Below are positions 17,488 through 27,100 of a DNA stretch of 32,000 nt, piece after piece. The stretch is from Prochlorococcus marinus str. NATL2A (lineage in GTDB: Bacteria; Cyanobacteriota; Cyanobacteriia; PCC-6307; Cyanobiaceae), in the NCBI RefSeq assembly GCF_000012465.1, contig NC_007335.2, positions 1,710,001-1,742,000 of the forward strand, read 5' to 3'. Position 1 is the stretch's first letter. Every line of letters starts with the position of its first letter. The position numbers and the translations under genes were made by a program. The notes under the pieces were generated by a model. It searched no databases. It saw only the letters and a list, made by a program, of their open reading frames with translations, and was not told where the DNA came from.

Positions 17488-18741
17488 TTAATCCATAAAA
17501 TTTTTGAATAAAGATCTAGATATTTTTTGTGAACGTTTAGATAGTTGATGATGTAACATTAGAAATTTATTAAAATCTTCAGAACTTTTATCTAAAATCT
17601 TATATTTAGCTAAATTAGCTTGATTTTTATTTAAATATTTAGAGAAAGAACCAAAAAGGAATTTGTCGTTCAAAAAATACAAAATTTTATGGATTTTATT
17701 TGAAAAAATAATTTTTTTTATAAAATTATTTTTAATTATTTTATTAAATAATTTAAAAAATAATAAACTGAAATATTTTTTTAATTTAAATAGTATCTTA
17801 TAAAATGGATATAAAATCTTCCGTATAATTCGATAAATTTTAAGGATATACTTTAAATCATTTTTTAAGATATTAACTTCATTATTTAAGAGTTCAAAAG
17901 CGTTCAGTTGATTACTTAAGGAATTTTTTAAAGACGTAATCTCTGTTTGACTAGAAGCATTAATATTTTCTAATTCTAATAGAATTTTCTCATTTCTTAA
18001 ATCAAAATCGACACAAGCATCCATAGTCTTAGGTGCTTGATTTAGCTTTTGCTGCCAATCAATATCTTCAGAAAAAATTAGTTGAGATTTCGATACATTT
18101 TTTGTCGCGACTATCAACAGATCCTGCGCAACACCGTTTAGAATTCTTGTGATTTTAGAATGGTTTTCATTCTTCATAGGACCACCATTAATATAAAAAT
18201 CACTAACTGTTTCAAACCCTATACTTTTCATAGAGAATTTGATTGCTTCAGGATTAATATGAGAAATATGTGTTTGGTCTAAATAAAAAGTATTAGTTGA
18301 TACAATTAAATTATCAATACTAGGTGTTTCAATTATAAAAACACCGTCCTCGCTAAGAACTCTATAACATTCGGAAAGTATTTTAAAAGATTGCTTATAA
18401 TTTATATGCTCAATCATATGAAACATTGTTAATATTGACACAGAATTAGTTGATAATGTTGGCAGAATATCTAATGCATCCCCATCAATAATATTTAAAC
18501 CCTTTTCCGTACATAAAGATATCATCTCTTGGTCATTTTCTATGCCAAAGCAATTCTCTATTTTGTTACTCCATTTTTGAACCCACTCACCTCTTCCAGA
18601 TCCTATATCTATTAATTTTGGTTTTTCAATATCTTTAATAATCAAATCAATTAAAAAATCATACTTTGAGAATTGGGATAAAATTGATTCAGTATCTCCT
18701 CGAAATTTATTCTCAAAGTCTAAATAAAAATTAGATGTCAT
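17488..18741 (-). CDS. Class I SAM-dependent methyltransferase fused to a coiled-coil segment and a basic amphipathic C-terminal tail
   Basis: Motif I LIDIGSGRGEW. Coiled-coil-like LELENINASSQTEITSLKNSLSNQLNAFELLNNEVNILKNDLKYI. Lys/Phe/Ile-rich tail (RKILYPFYKILFKLKKYFSLLFFKLFNKIIKNNFIKKIIF). Only 4 nt separate it from the downstream GT gene. Confidence 0.8.
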   Translation of the reverse strand: MTSNFYLDFENKFRGDTESILSQFSKYDFLIDLIIKDIEKPKLIDIGSGRGEWVQKWSNKIENCFGIENDQEMISLCTEKGLNIIDGDALDILPTLSTNSVSILTMFHMIEHINYKQSFKILSECYRVLSEDGVFIIETPSIDNLIVSTNTFYLDQTHISHINPEAIKFSMKSIGFETVSDFYINGGPMKNENHSKITRILNGVAQDLLIVATKNVSKSQLIFSEDIDWQQKLNQAPKTMDACVDFDLRNEKILLELENINASSQTEITSLKNSLSNQLNAFELLNNEVNILKNDLKYILKIYRIIRKILYPFYKILFKLKKYFSLLFFKLFNKIIKNNFIKKIIFSNKIHKILYFLNDKFLFGSFSKYLNKNQANLAKYKILDKSSEDFNKFLMLHHQLSKRSQKISRSLFKNFMD

Positions 18742-19030
18742 AATTTTAATCTTTAGTTTTTTGATCTGACCAATATATAATACTATCTCTGGAAATACAG
18801 AATAAAAAGTCTATCATTTTTTCTTCCGCTAATCAATCATCAATCAATCAATTATAACTACTAATTATTTATTATACTAATGCAGGCTTAATAAATATGT
18901 ATGAAATTTTTTTTATATTATTATTAAATGTTTTATTTTACAACTTAATAGATGCAAAATGTTACAATAAAATTTAAAATTAAAAAGTTGTTTTCGCCCC
19001 AACTCGATAAAATAGATTTAATCTTCAAAA

Positions 19031-19501
19031 GTGAAGCCAATAATCCTCATCAAACATTTAAACGGAGCTCCAGGTCTCAGACTCTTTGGACTTGGACCAA
19101 AGTGCATTCCGGTAAATGCAATTGATCAACTTAAAAATTTACTTGAAAATCAAAGTTTCTGGGCAAAAGGTCGAAAAAAAAATGAAATAAAAAAAATGAT
19201 TAAAAATAGCAGTTGTGTTATCACTTTGTGGCAAAAAAATAGATTAATAGGTTTTGGTCGAGCAACAAGTGACTATATTTATCGAGCAGTTTTATGGGAT
19301 ATTGTCATTGTTAAAGATCAACAAAATAGTGGGCTCGGTAAATTATTAGTCAATTCACTCTTATCATCAAAATCAATTAAAAAAGTTGAAAAAATTTATC
19401 TGATGACAACAAATTCGCAAGATTTCTATAAAACCTGTCAATTTGAAGAGATCAATACGCAATCATTACTAGTCTATAAATATATTGATCAACAAAATTA
19501 A
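19031..19501 (+). CDS. GNAT-family N-acetyltransferase
   Basis: GTG start. The acetyl-CoA-binding-type motif VIVKDQQNSGLGKLLVNSLL (Q/RxxGxG/A pattern) follows a beta-strand core (IGFGRATSDYIYRAVLWDI). Confidence 0.7.
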   Translation: MKPIILIKHLNGAPGLRLFGLGPKCIPVNAIDQLKNLLENQSFWAKGRKKNEIKKMIKNSSCVITLWQKNRLIGFGRATSDYIYRAVLWDIVIVKDQQNSGLGKLLVNSLLSSKSIKKVEKIYLMTTNSQDFYKTCQFEEINTQSLLVYKYIDQQN

Positions 19502-19518
19502 ATATAAAATTAATAGAA

Positions 19519-21771
19519 ATGGAACAAATTTTTAAGCAATCTCAGGACAAGAAGAAAATCAATGAAGTTAAAACCTTCTCAGTTCCATTTGCTTTAGAAG
19601 AAAACAAAGACAATATTACCATTTATACTAATACTACCTCAGAAACTTCGAAGCAAAAAATCATTAATCAAGCAATCAAGTTTCATTTACAAGGTAATAT
19701 TTTAGAAGCAAAAAAATATTATCAATATATAATAGATCAAGGATTTAATGATCACAGAGTCTTTGCTAATTATGGAGCAATTTTAAGAGATCTTGGCAAA
19801 TTAAAAGATGCAGTATTAGCAGTTCGTGAAGCTATTAAAATTAATCCTAATTTTGCTGAGGCATATTGCAACATGGGAATAATATTTAAAGACCTTGGTA
19901 ATTTACAAGACGCAGAATTTTATACTCGCAAAGCAATTCAAATTAATCCAGATAGTGCATTGGCTTACTCGAATCTGGGAATCATATTGAAAGACCTTGG
20001 TAATTTACAAGACGCAGAATTTTATACTCGCAAAGCAATTCAAATTAATCCTAATTTGCCAGAGGCTTATTCCAATCTGGGAATAATATTGAAAGACCTT
20101 GGTAATTTACAAGACGCAGAATTCTCATACCGCAAAGCAATTCAAATTAATCCTAATTTGCCAGAGGCTTATTTCAATCTTGGAATCATATTGAAAGACC
20201 TTGGTAATTTACAAGACGCAGAATTCTCATACCGCAAAGCAATTCAAATCAAACCTAAATTGGCAAATTCCCATAATAATCTAGGAATAATCTTGAAAGA
20301 TCTTGGTAAGTTACAAGACGCAGAGTTGTCATACCGCAAAGCAATTCAAATTAATCCTGATTACGCAGAAGCTTATTCCAATCTAGGAAGCACATTAAAA
20401 GAGCAAGGTAATTTTACTGATGCTATAAATCAATTCAAGCATGCACTAAAATTGAACAATGAATTAACATCAGCTAAGGCTGGTTTAATGTCTACTAAGG
20501 GTAATATATGCGATTGGAGTGATGAAAGAACTCGTAATATATGGCTTAAATCACTTGGTATTAAAGGAAAAGCTATTAATCCATGGGGATTACTTTCATT
20601 AGAAAATAATCCTTTAAATCATTTAAAAAGATCTAAGAAATTTTATAAAGAAAAATATATACGACCAACTCAATATATTAAACCTTCCCCAAAAAGTTTA
20701 ATTCATATAGGTTATTTCTCTGCTGATTTCCTGAATCATCCTGTAATGCAACTAATTGCTCCTCTACTTGAGCTACATGATAAATATAGGTTTAAAATAT
20801 ATTTATACTCATTTGTGCCAAAAGAAGATGAATATACTGAAAGAGCAAAAAAGTCTGGATGCATATTTAGAAACATCAAAAATTTAAATGATATTGAAGC
20901 AGTTGAATTAGCAAGAAGTGATCAGTTAGATATTGCAGTAGATCTCATGGGATATACCAGACACAATAGAATGCCTATATTCTCATATAGGGTGGCACCA
21001 ATACAAATCAATTACTTAGGTTATAATGGTTCTATTGGCTCAGATACTATTGATTATATTATCGCGGATAAAATCACAATTCCGAGAGAGTATGAAAAAT
21101 TTTATTCCGAAAAAGTAATACGATTGCCAAATTGCTTTATATGTGATGATCATAAAAAAGAAATTTCTAAAGAGTCCATATCTCGTAAAGATTTCAACCT
21201 TCCTGACCAAGGCTTTATATTTACTTGTTTTAATAATAATTATAAAATAACAGAAAAAGAATTTAATATATGGATGAACTTACTTAGAAAAATAGAAGGA
21301 AGTGTTCTTTGGTTATATAAGGCAAATCAATGGTCAATGAATAATTTATACAAGGAAGCGAGTAAACGAAAAGTAGATCGAGACAGAATAATATTCTCTG
21401 AAAAATTACCAATGAGCAAACATCTAGCTAGGCATTCTCTAGGTGATTTAGCACTTGATACTTTTAATTACAATGGAGGTGTGACTAGTTCTAATGCGTT
21501 GTGGACTGGTTTACCAGTGCTTACAAAAATAGGTCAGAATTTTACTGCTAGGATGTCTGCCAGCCTGCTTACATCATTGGGACTTCCCGAATTAATTACT
21601 TATAGTGAAAGTGAATACGAAGATAAAGCTTTATATATTGCTAGCAACTCTGAAGAGATTATTCGATTGAAATCTAAATTAAACAAATCGAAAGAAACAT
21701 CACCACTTTTTAATTCAAAATTATTTACGCAAGATCTTGAAAATATTTATCTTGATCTGGTAAAAAAATAA
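19519..21771 (+). CDS. TPR-repeat protein with a C-terminal GT41 (O-GlcNAc transferase / SPINDLY-like) domain, copy 1 (750 aa, ~8 TPRs)
   Basis: 34-aa TPR units (AYSNLGIILKDLGNLQDAEFSYRKAIQINPNLPE). The C-terminal half has GT41-like motifs (IGYFSADF..HPV, APIQINYLGY.GS.GSDTIDYIIAD, GDLALDTFNYNGGVTSSNALWTGLPVLT, FTARMSASLLTSLGLPELI). It starts 17 nt after the GNAT gene. Confidence 0.85.
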   Translation: MEQIFKQSQDKKKINEVKTFSVPFALEENKDNITIYTNTTSETSKQKIINQAIKFHLQGNILEAKKYYQYIIDQGFNDHRVFANYGAILRDLGKLKDAVLAVREAIKINPNFAEAYCNMGIIFKDLGNLQDAEFYTRKAIQINPDSALAYSNLGIILKDLGNLQDAEFYTRKAIQINPNLPEAYSNLGIILKDLGNLQDAEFSYRKAIQINPNLPEAYFNLGIILKDLGNLQDAEFSYRKAIQIKPKLANSHNNLGIILKDLGKLQDAELSYRKAIQINPDYAEAYSNLGSTLKEQGNFTDAINQFKHALKLNNELTSAKAGLMSTKGNICDWSDERTRNIWLKSLGIKGKAINPWGLLSLENNPLNHLKRSKKFYKEKYIRPTQYIKPSPKSLIHIGYFSADFLNHPVMQLIAPLLELHDKYRFKIYLYSFVPKEDEYTERAKKSGCIFRNIKNLNDIEAVELARSDQLDIAVDLMGYTRHNRMPIFSYRVAPIQINYLGYNGSIGSDTIDYIIADKITIPREYEKFYSEKVIRLPNCFICDDHKKEISKESISRKDFNLPDQGFIFTCFNNNYKITEKEFNIWMNLLRKIEGSVLWLYKANQWSMNNLYKEASKRKVDRDRIIFSEKLPMSKHLARHSLGDLALDTFNYNGGVTSSNALWTGLPVLTKIGQNFTARMSASLLTSLGLPELITYSESEYEDKALYIASNSEEIIRLKSKLNKSKETSPLFNSKLFTQDLENIYLDLVKK
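19756..20469 (+). repeat. In-frame tandem 102-bp (34-codon) TPR-coding repeats, copy 1
   Basis: gcaattcaaattaatcc recurs at about 102-bp spacing. Seven consecutive canonical units follow one degenerate N-terminal unit. Confidence 0.8.
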
Positions 21772-22124
21772 TTTTAGCCTGAACCGTTAATCAATTATTA
21801 GAAGACACATGCTAATAAAAGTTCAACAATCACCTCAAGAATATTTTGAAATTAAAGATTGAATCAGAACTGCCTTATTTAGGTAACTTTTAATACTTTA
21901 GCAGCACCTCATCAGTCTTCCGTCTAAAGGAGGAAAAGAAGTTTTACCAGAAGGGGAAGAGATGAGAAATAACCAAACGCGTCTATTTGCGACATGTCTG
22001 GACTAATTACTTCCCTTTGAAGGGATACAATCACCCTGCTTAATTAAAGGGCAAGATCATTTCAAAGCAAACCCTCAATACAAGGTATAATTCTCACTAA
22101 TAGATCCTTTGCAAAATAAATAAT

Positions 22125-24854
22125 TTGACCGAAGAAAGAAAGAATCAAAAGCAAGAAGGCTCTAAAGTAAAAACATTCCCAGTCTCTTTTGCTTTAGGTG
22201 AAATTAAAGAAAACATCACTATTACGACTAATAGCGCTTCTAATACTTCAAAGGAACAAAAAAGATTTGGAGACCAGAGTAAAACTATAAAGAAAAAAGA
22301 TACCAATACAATTACTAAACCTTCCAAAGATCAAATCATTAATCAAGCATTTAAATTTCATTCACAAGGCAATATAAAAGAAGCAGCAAAAAATTATCAA
22401 TATTTCATTAATCAAGGTTTCTCTGACCACATGGTTTTTTCTAATTATGGAGCAATATTAAGAGATCTTGGTAATTTACAAGATGCAGAATTATATACTC
22501 GCAAAGCAATTAAAATTAATCCTAATTACGCATTGGCTTACTCTAATCTGGGAAATGTATTAAAAGATCTTGGTAAGTCACAAGATGCAGAATTGTCATA
22601 CCGCAAAGCAATTCAAATTAATCCTAATTACGCAGATGCACATTACAATCTGGGAATAATATTGAAAGAACTTGGTAATTTACAAGACGCAGAATTGTCA
22701 TATCGCAAAGCAATTCAAATTAATCCTAATTACGCAGATGCATATTCCAATCTGGGAAATGTATTAAAAGATCTTGATAATTTACAAGACGCAGAATTGT
22801 CATACCGCAAAGCAATTCAAATTAATCCTAGTTACGCAGACGCATATTCAAATCTGGGAAATGTATTAAAAGATCTTGGTAATTTACAAGACGCAGAGTT
22901 GTCATACCGCAAAGCAATTCAAATTAATCCTGATTACGCAGAGGCGCATTTCAATCTAGGAAATCTATTAAAAGATCTTGGTAAATTACAAGACGCAGAG
23001 TTGTCATATCGCAAAGCAATTCAAATCAAATCTGATTACGCTGAGGCGCATTACAATCTAGGAATCATATTGAAAGACCTTGGTAATTTACAAGACGCAG
23101 AATTTTATAATCGCAAAGCAATTCAAATCAAACCTGATTACGCTGAGGCGCATTTCAATCTGGGAATCATATTGAAAGACCTTGGTAATTTACAAGACGC
23201 AGAATTCTCATATCGCCAAGCAATTCAAATCAAACCTGATTACGCAGATGCCTACTCCAATCTGGGAAATGTATTAAAAGATCTTGGTAAGTTAAAAGAC
23301 GCAGAATTGTCATATCGCAAAGCAATTCAAATCAAACCTGATTACGCTGAGGTTTATTCCAATCTGGGAAATGTATTAAAAGATCTTGGTAATTTACAAG
23401 ACGCAGAATTTTCATACCGCAAAGCAATTCAAATCAAACCTGATTACGCAGATGCTTACTCCAATCTGGGAAATATATTAAAAGAGCTAAGTAATTTCAC
23501 TGACGCTATAAATCAATTCAAGGATGCACTAAAATTGAACAATGAATTAACATCAGCTCAGACTGGTTTAATGTCAACTCAGGGTAATATATGCGATTGG
23601 AGTGATGAGGAGACTCATAATAAATGGCTTAAATCACTTGGTATTAAAGGAAAAGCTATTAATCCATGGGGATTACTTTCATTAGAAGATAATCCTTTAA
23701 ATCATTTAAAAAGATCTAAGAAATTTTATAAAGAAAAATATGTACGCGCAACTCAATATATTAAACCTTCCCCAAAAAGTTTAATTCATATAGGTTATTT
23801 CTCTGCTGATTTCAGGACTCATCCTGTAATGCAACTAATTGCTCCTTTACTTGAGCTACATGATAAATATAGGTTTAAAATATATTTATACTCATTTGCA
23901 CCAAAAGAAGATGAATATACTGAAAGAGCAAAAAAGTCTGGATGCATATTTAGAAACATCAAAAATTTAAATGATATTGAAGCAGTTGAATTAGCAAGAA
24001 GTGATCAGTTAGATATTGCAGTAGATCTCATGGGATATACCAGACACAATAGAATGCCTATATTCTCATATAGGGTGGCACCAATACAAATCAATTACTT
24101 AGGTTATATTGGCAGTATTGGTTCAGATACTATTGATTATATTATCGCGGATAAAATCACAATTCCGAGGGAGTATGAAAAATTTTATTCCGAAAAAGTA
24201 ATACGAATGCCAAATTGCTTTATATGTGATGATCATAAAAAAGAAATTACTAAGGAGTCCATATCTCGTAAAGATTTCAACCTTCCTGACCAAGGCTTTA
24301 TATTTACTTGTTTTAATAATAATTATAAAATAACAAAAAAAGAATTTAATATATGGATGAACTTACTTAGAAAAGTAGAAGGAAGTGTTCTTTGGTTATA
24401 CAAATCAAATCAACTTTCCATGAATAATTTATACAAGGAAGCGAGTAAACGAAAAATAGATCGAGACAGAATAATATTCGCTGAAAAATTACCAATGAGC
24501 AAACATTTAGCTAGGCATTCTCTAGGTGATTTAGCACTTGATACTTTTAATTGTAATGGAGGTAAAACAACTTGTGACGCGTTATTGGCTGGCTTACCAT
24601 TACTTACAAAGATAGGTCAGAGTTTTACTGCTAGGATGTCTGCCAGCCTGCTTACATCATTGGGACTTCCCGAATTAATTACTTATAGTGAAAGTGAATA
24701 CGAAGATAAAGCTTTATATATTGCTAGCAACTCTGAAGAGATTATTCGATTGAAATCTAAATTAAACAAATCGAAAGAAACATCACCACTTTTTAATTCA
24801 AAATTATTTACGCAAGATCTTGAAAATATTTATCTTGATCTGGTAAAAAAATAA
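22125..24854 (+). CDS. TPR-repeat protein with a C-terminal GT41 (O-GlcNAc transferase / SPINDLY-like) domain, copy 2 (909 aa, ~12 TPRs)
   Basis: Probable TTG start at 22125. There is an in-frame TAG at 22101 and no in-frame ATG until residue 103. The N-terminus aligns with copy 1 (VKTFPVSFALGEIKENITITTN vs VKTFSVPFALEENKDNITIYTN). The C-terminal half is near-identical to copy 1. Confidence 0.85.
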   Translation: MTEERKNQKQEGSKVKTFPVSFALGEIKENITITTNSASNTSKEQKRFGDQSKTIKKKDTNTITKPSKDQIINQAFKFHSQGNIKEAAKNYQYFINQGFSDHMVFSNYGAILRDLGNLQDAELYTRKAIKINPNYALAYSNLGNVLKDLGKSQDAELSYRKAIQINPNYADAHYNLGIILKELGNLQDAELSYRKAIQINPNYADAYSNLGNVLKDLDNLQDAELSYRKAIQINPSYADAYSNLGNVLKDLGNLQDAELSYRKAIQINPDYAEAHFNLGNLLKDLGKLQDAELSYRKAIQIKSDYAEAHYNLGIILKDLGNLQDAEFYNRKAIQIKPDYAEAHFNLGIILKDLGNLQDAEFSYRQAIQIKPDYADAYSNLGNVLKDLGKLKDAELSYRKAIQIKPDYAEVYSNLGNVLKDLGNLQDAEFSYRKAIQIKPDYADAYSNLGNILKELSNFTDAINQFKDALKLNNELTSAQTGLMSTQGNICDWSDEETHNKWLKSLGIKGKAINPWGLLSLEDNPLNHLKRSKKFYKEKYVRATQYIKPSPKSLIHIGYFSADFRTHPVMQLIAPLLELHDKYRFKIYLYSFAPKEDEYTERAKKSGCIFRNIKNLNDIEAVELARSDQLDIAVDLMGYTRHNRMPIFSYRVAPIQINYLGYIGSIGSDTIDYIIADKITIPREYEKFYSEKVIRMPNCFICDDHKKEITKESISRKDFNLPDQGFIFTCFNNNYKITKKEFNIWMNLLRKVEGSVLWLYKSNQLSMNNLYKEASKRKIDRDRIIFAEKLPMSKHLARHSLGDLALDTFNCNGGKTTCDALLAGLPLLTKIGQSFTARMSASLLTSLGLPELITYSESEYEDKALYIASNSEEIIRLKSKLNKSKETSPLFNSKLFTQDLENIYLDLVKK
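22431..23552 (+). repeat. In-frame tandem 102-bp TPR-coding repeats, copy 2
   Basis: Eleven consecutive canonical 34-aa units (e.g. DAYSNLGNVLKDLGNLQDAELSYRKAIQINPDYA) follow one degenerate unit. That is four more units than in copy 1. Confidence 0.8.
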
Positions 24855-25015
24855 TTTTAGCCTGAACCGTTAATCAATTGCCAGTAAATTTAAAGTAAAT
24901 AATAGTTAATTATTTTATCTCAATATATCTTACAAATAAATATCAAATATCAACTGATTTCTTGAACTATATTTGAATATTTAATTTAATAACAACATAC
25001 AAAGTTTCATAATAC

Positions 25016-25843
25016 CTAATTAATCAAATCCTCAAATTCTTTCAATTCTATTAATAAGTTATAAATATCACCGAAGTTGTTTTCATGAAGGATTAACGAT
25101 TTATTTACAGTATGAGTTGCTTTTATTGGTTTGAGATATTTTTCTGGGGAAATTTTATTAAGAATTAGTATATATTTAATTAGCTCGTATTTAGATATAG
25201 TATTGGTCCCATATACAGATATTGGAGGGAATGAATCAAAATTATTAATTATTTTAAAAGCTATTTCTGCCCATTTTAAAGCAGTTATACCATTCCAAAA
25301 ATGATTAACATAACCATATATTAAATTAGATGATTTGATCCTAGATAATGTCCATGAATATAATGATTTATTTGACTGATCAGAAGCTATTATGGAAGCT
25401 CTTATAACTCTTATGAGATCAATATGAATTTGATAAGTTTTTCTGGAATATAAACATGCTTTACTCTTACCATATAGACTATCACAATCATAATTTGAAT
25501 CTAGCCCATAAGGAGCTAAGTTTGGATTTCCCTTGTAAACACAATCTGTACAGGGATGTATTACTCTAAAGTTATTTTCAAGCAGTAATTCTGGTAATAA
25601 ATAATTGATTTTAAAGTAATCTATTTTTGTGTTTACATTTGTATAATTAGGCATCTTTTGAGGAATAGATCCAGCACAATTTATAACAAAGTCAGCGTTT
25701 TCTAATGAACTTATAAATTCGTTTTTATTTTCTAAATTATATTTTACCGGAAATATTAAATGAATGTCATTACCAAACATAAGAAAATAATTGAATACAA
25801 CCTTGCCCAACATTCCAGAGGGTCCAATTATTGCAATTTTCAT
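25016..25843 (-). CDS. RmlD-like / SDR-family nucleotide-sugar reductase
   Basis: Rossmann motif MKIAIIGPSGMLGKVV, then ADFVINCAGS and YGKSK (YxxxK). It lies 4 nt downstream of the dehydratase gene in the same orientation. Confidence 0.6.
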   Translation of the reverse strand: MKIAIIGPSGMLGKVVFNYFLMFGNDIHLIFPVKYNLENKNEFISSLENADFVINCAGSIPQKMPNYTNVNTKIDYFKINYLLPELLLENNFRVIHPCTDCVYKGNPNLAPYGLDSNYDCDSLYGKSKACLYSRKTYQIHIDLIRVIRASIIASDQSNKSLYSWTLSRIKSSNLIYGYVNHFWNGITALKWAEIAFKIINNFDSFPPISVYGTNTISKYELIKYILILNKISPEKYLKPIKATHTVNKSLILHENNFGDIYNLLIELKEFEDLIN

Positions 25844-25847
25844 ATTC

Positions 25848-26816
25848 TCAAGGCTTAAAATAATTAAATTTATTTAGAATTTTATTAAGTTCTGATTTCG
25901 AAATTAAACAATCTTTTGAGCTATAACTATCATTTCTTAATTGAGTACAATCTGATTTAAATTTGGTACGAAAAGGTTTTAAGATATAAAAAGTCCCACA
26001 ATCTGAATTGGATAACCTTGACATTTCTTCTTGTGTAACTAAAACCTCATGAATCTTTTCTCCAATTCTTGGATAACCTATATTAAATTTTAAGTTAAAA
26101 TTTTCTTTATATATCTCAAACAAATCTAAAACTTTAATACTTTTTGATTTAGGAATAAGTGATGCTTGATCGTATGAAATTCCTTCAAAGATTAAATCAA
26201 TTGCTTGATCAACATCAATAATAAATCTTGTCATTTTCTTAGAAAACAAAGTTAATTCTGTATTTGAATTTATTGATTTCCAAATCATTGGAATAATGCT
26301 ACCTGTAGAATTAAGCACATTTCCATAGATAACTGTAGATAAATTTGTACTAGAATGTCTTTCATAATTATTCTTGAGTATGAATTGTTCACCTGCAAAA
26401 TACTTCAAACTACCATATATAGTTGTCGCAGCTCTGCTTTTATCAGAGCTGATAAATATAGCGCTATCAAATTTATTTTCAATTGCTATATGTTTACTAT
26501 TGATAGCGCCATTAGCTATTGTTTGTAAAGCTTCTTCTGGGTTCTGATCACATGAACTAATTTGCTTTAGACTTGCAGCAAAAATTCCAATATTTGCACC
26601 TTTAGCTGATCTATTTAATAATTCTTTATCTCTGATATCTCCTAGAATAAAATGAACATTTGGATATTTTTCCTTTAAAAAATGATGTTTTGCCTCGTCT
26701 CTAGAGTATATGATAATTTCATTTTTTTTATATAACCTTTCAATAAGACTTCTACCTAAGAAGCCAGTACCACCAGTTATGAAAATTCTTTTATCTTTTG
26801 GAGTAAAACTGTACAC
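25848..26816 (-). CDS. PseB/FlaA1/CapD-like UDP-sugar 4,6-dehydratase family protein
   Basis: GTG start. IFITGGTGFLGRSL, IIIYSRDEAKHH and ILGDIRDKELL are typical of the short CapD/PseB class. SSDKSRAATTIYGSLK carries the YxxxK motif. Confidence 0.7.
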   Translation of the reverse strand: MYSFTPKDKRIFITGGTGFLGRSLIERLYKKNEIIIYSRDEAKHHFLKEKYPNVHFILGDIRDKELLNRSAKGANIGIFAASLKQISSCDQNPEEALQTIANGAINSKHIAIENKFDSAIFISSDKSRAATTIYGSLKYFAGEQFILKNNYERHSSTNLSTVIYGNVLNSTGSIIPMIWKSINSNTELTLFSKKMTRFIIDVDQAIDLIFEGISYDQASLIPKSKSIKVLDLFEIYKENFNLKFNIGYPRIGEKIHEVLVTQEEMSRLSNSDCGTFYILKPFRTKFKSDCTQLRNDSYSSKDCLISKSELNKILNKFNYFKP

Positions 26817-27100
26817 TATGAAACTATTTTACTGAGATTATAGTCATAAAATAGCTGCTGTCTATGATAACTTTTAACTCAATAGAAGTATAATAATTAT
26901 ATAAATTAAAATTAATAATAAAAGTATTTAGCATTTGCTTTGCCAGACAGGATGACTTTATGTTTTAAATTTAATCACGAAAAAAAATATTAAATTCATT
27001 AAATTATAAATACAGTTATCCTATTACATTTAAAGTTTATAACTTAAAAATTATATTACAAAACATAAAAAATATTCAACTATATAATACTTATGATTAA

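Noticed and set aside
18831-18854. An ATCA-type microsatellite (aatcaatcatcaatcaatcaatta) upstream of the methyltransferase gene
   Set aside because: It is short, imperfect and in an AT-rich promoter spacer, and nothing from the sequence alone suggests a function.
18960-18968. An extended -10-like TGtTACAAT upstream of the GNAT/TPR-GT41 operon as a promoter
   Set aside because: It is plausible, but such matches are abundant in roughly 20% G+C spacers, and the nearest -35-like TTTACA is 20 nt away. It is not supportable as a feature without TSS data.
19756-23552. Regular ~102-bp periodic repeats that could superficially resemble a CRISPR array or satellite
   Set aside because: The repeats are contiguous with no unique spacers, in-frame, and translate to canonical 34-aa TPR units inside two long ORFs.
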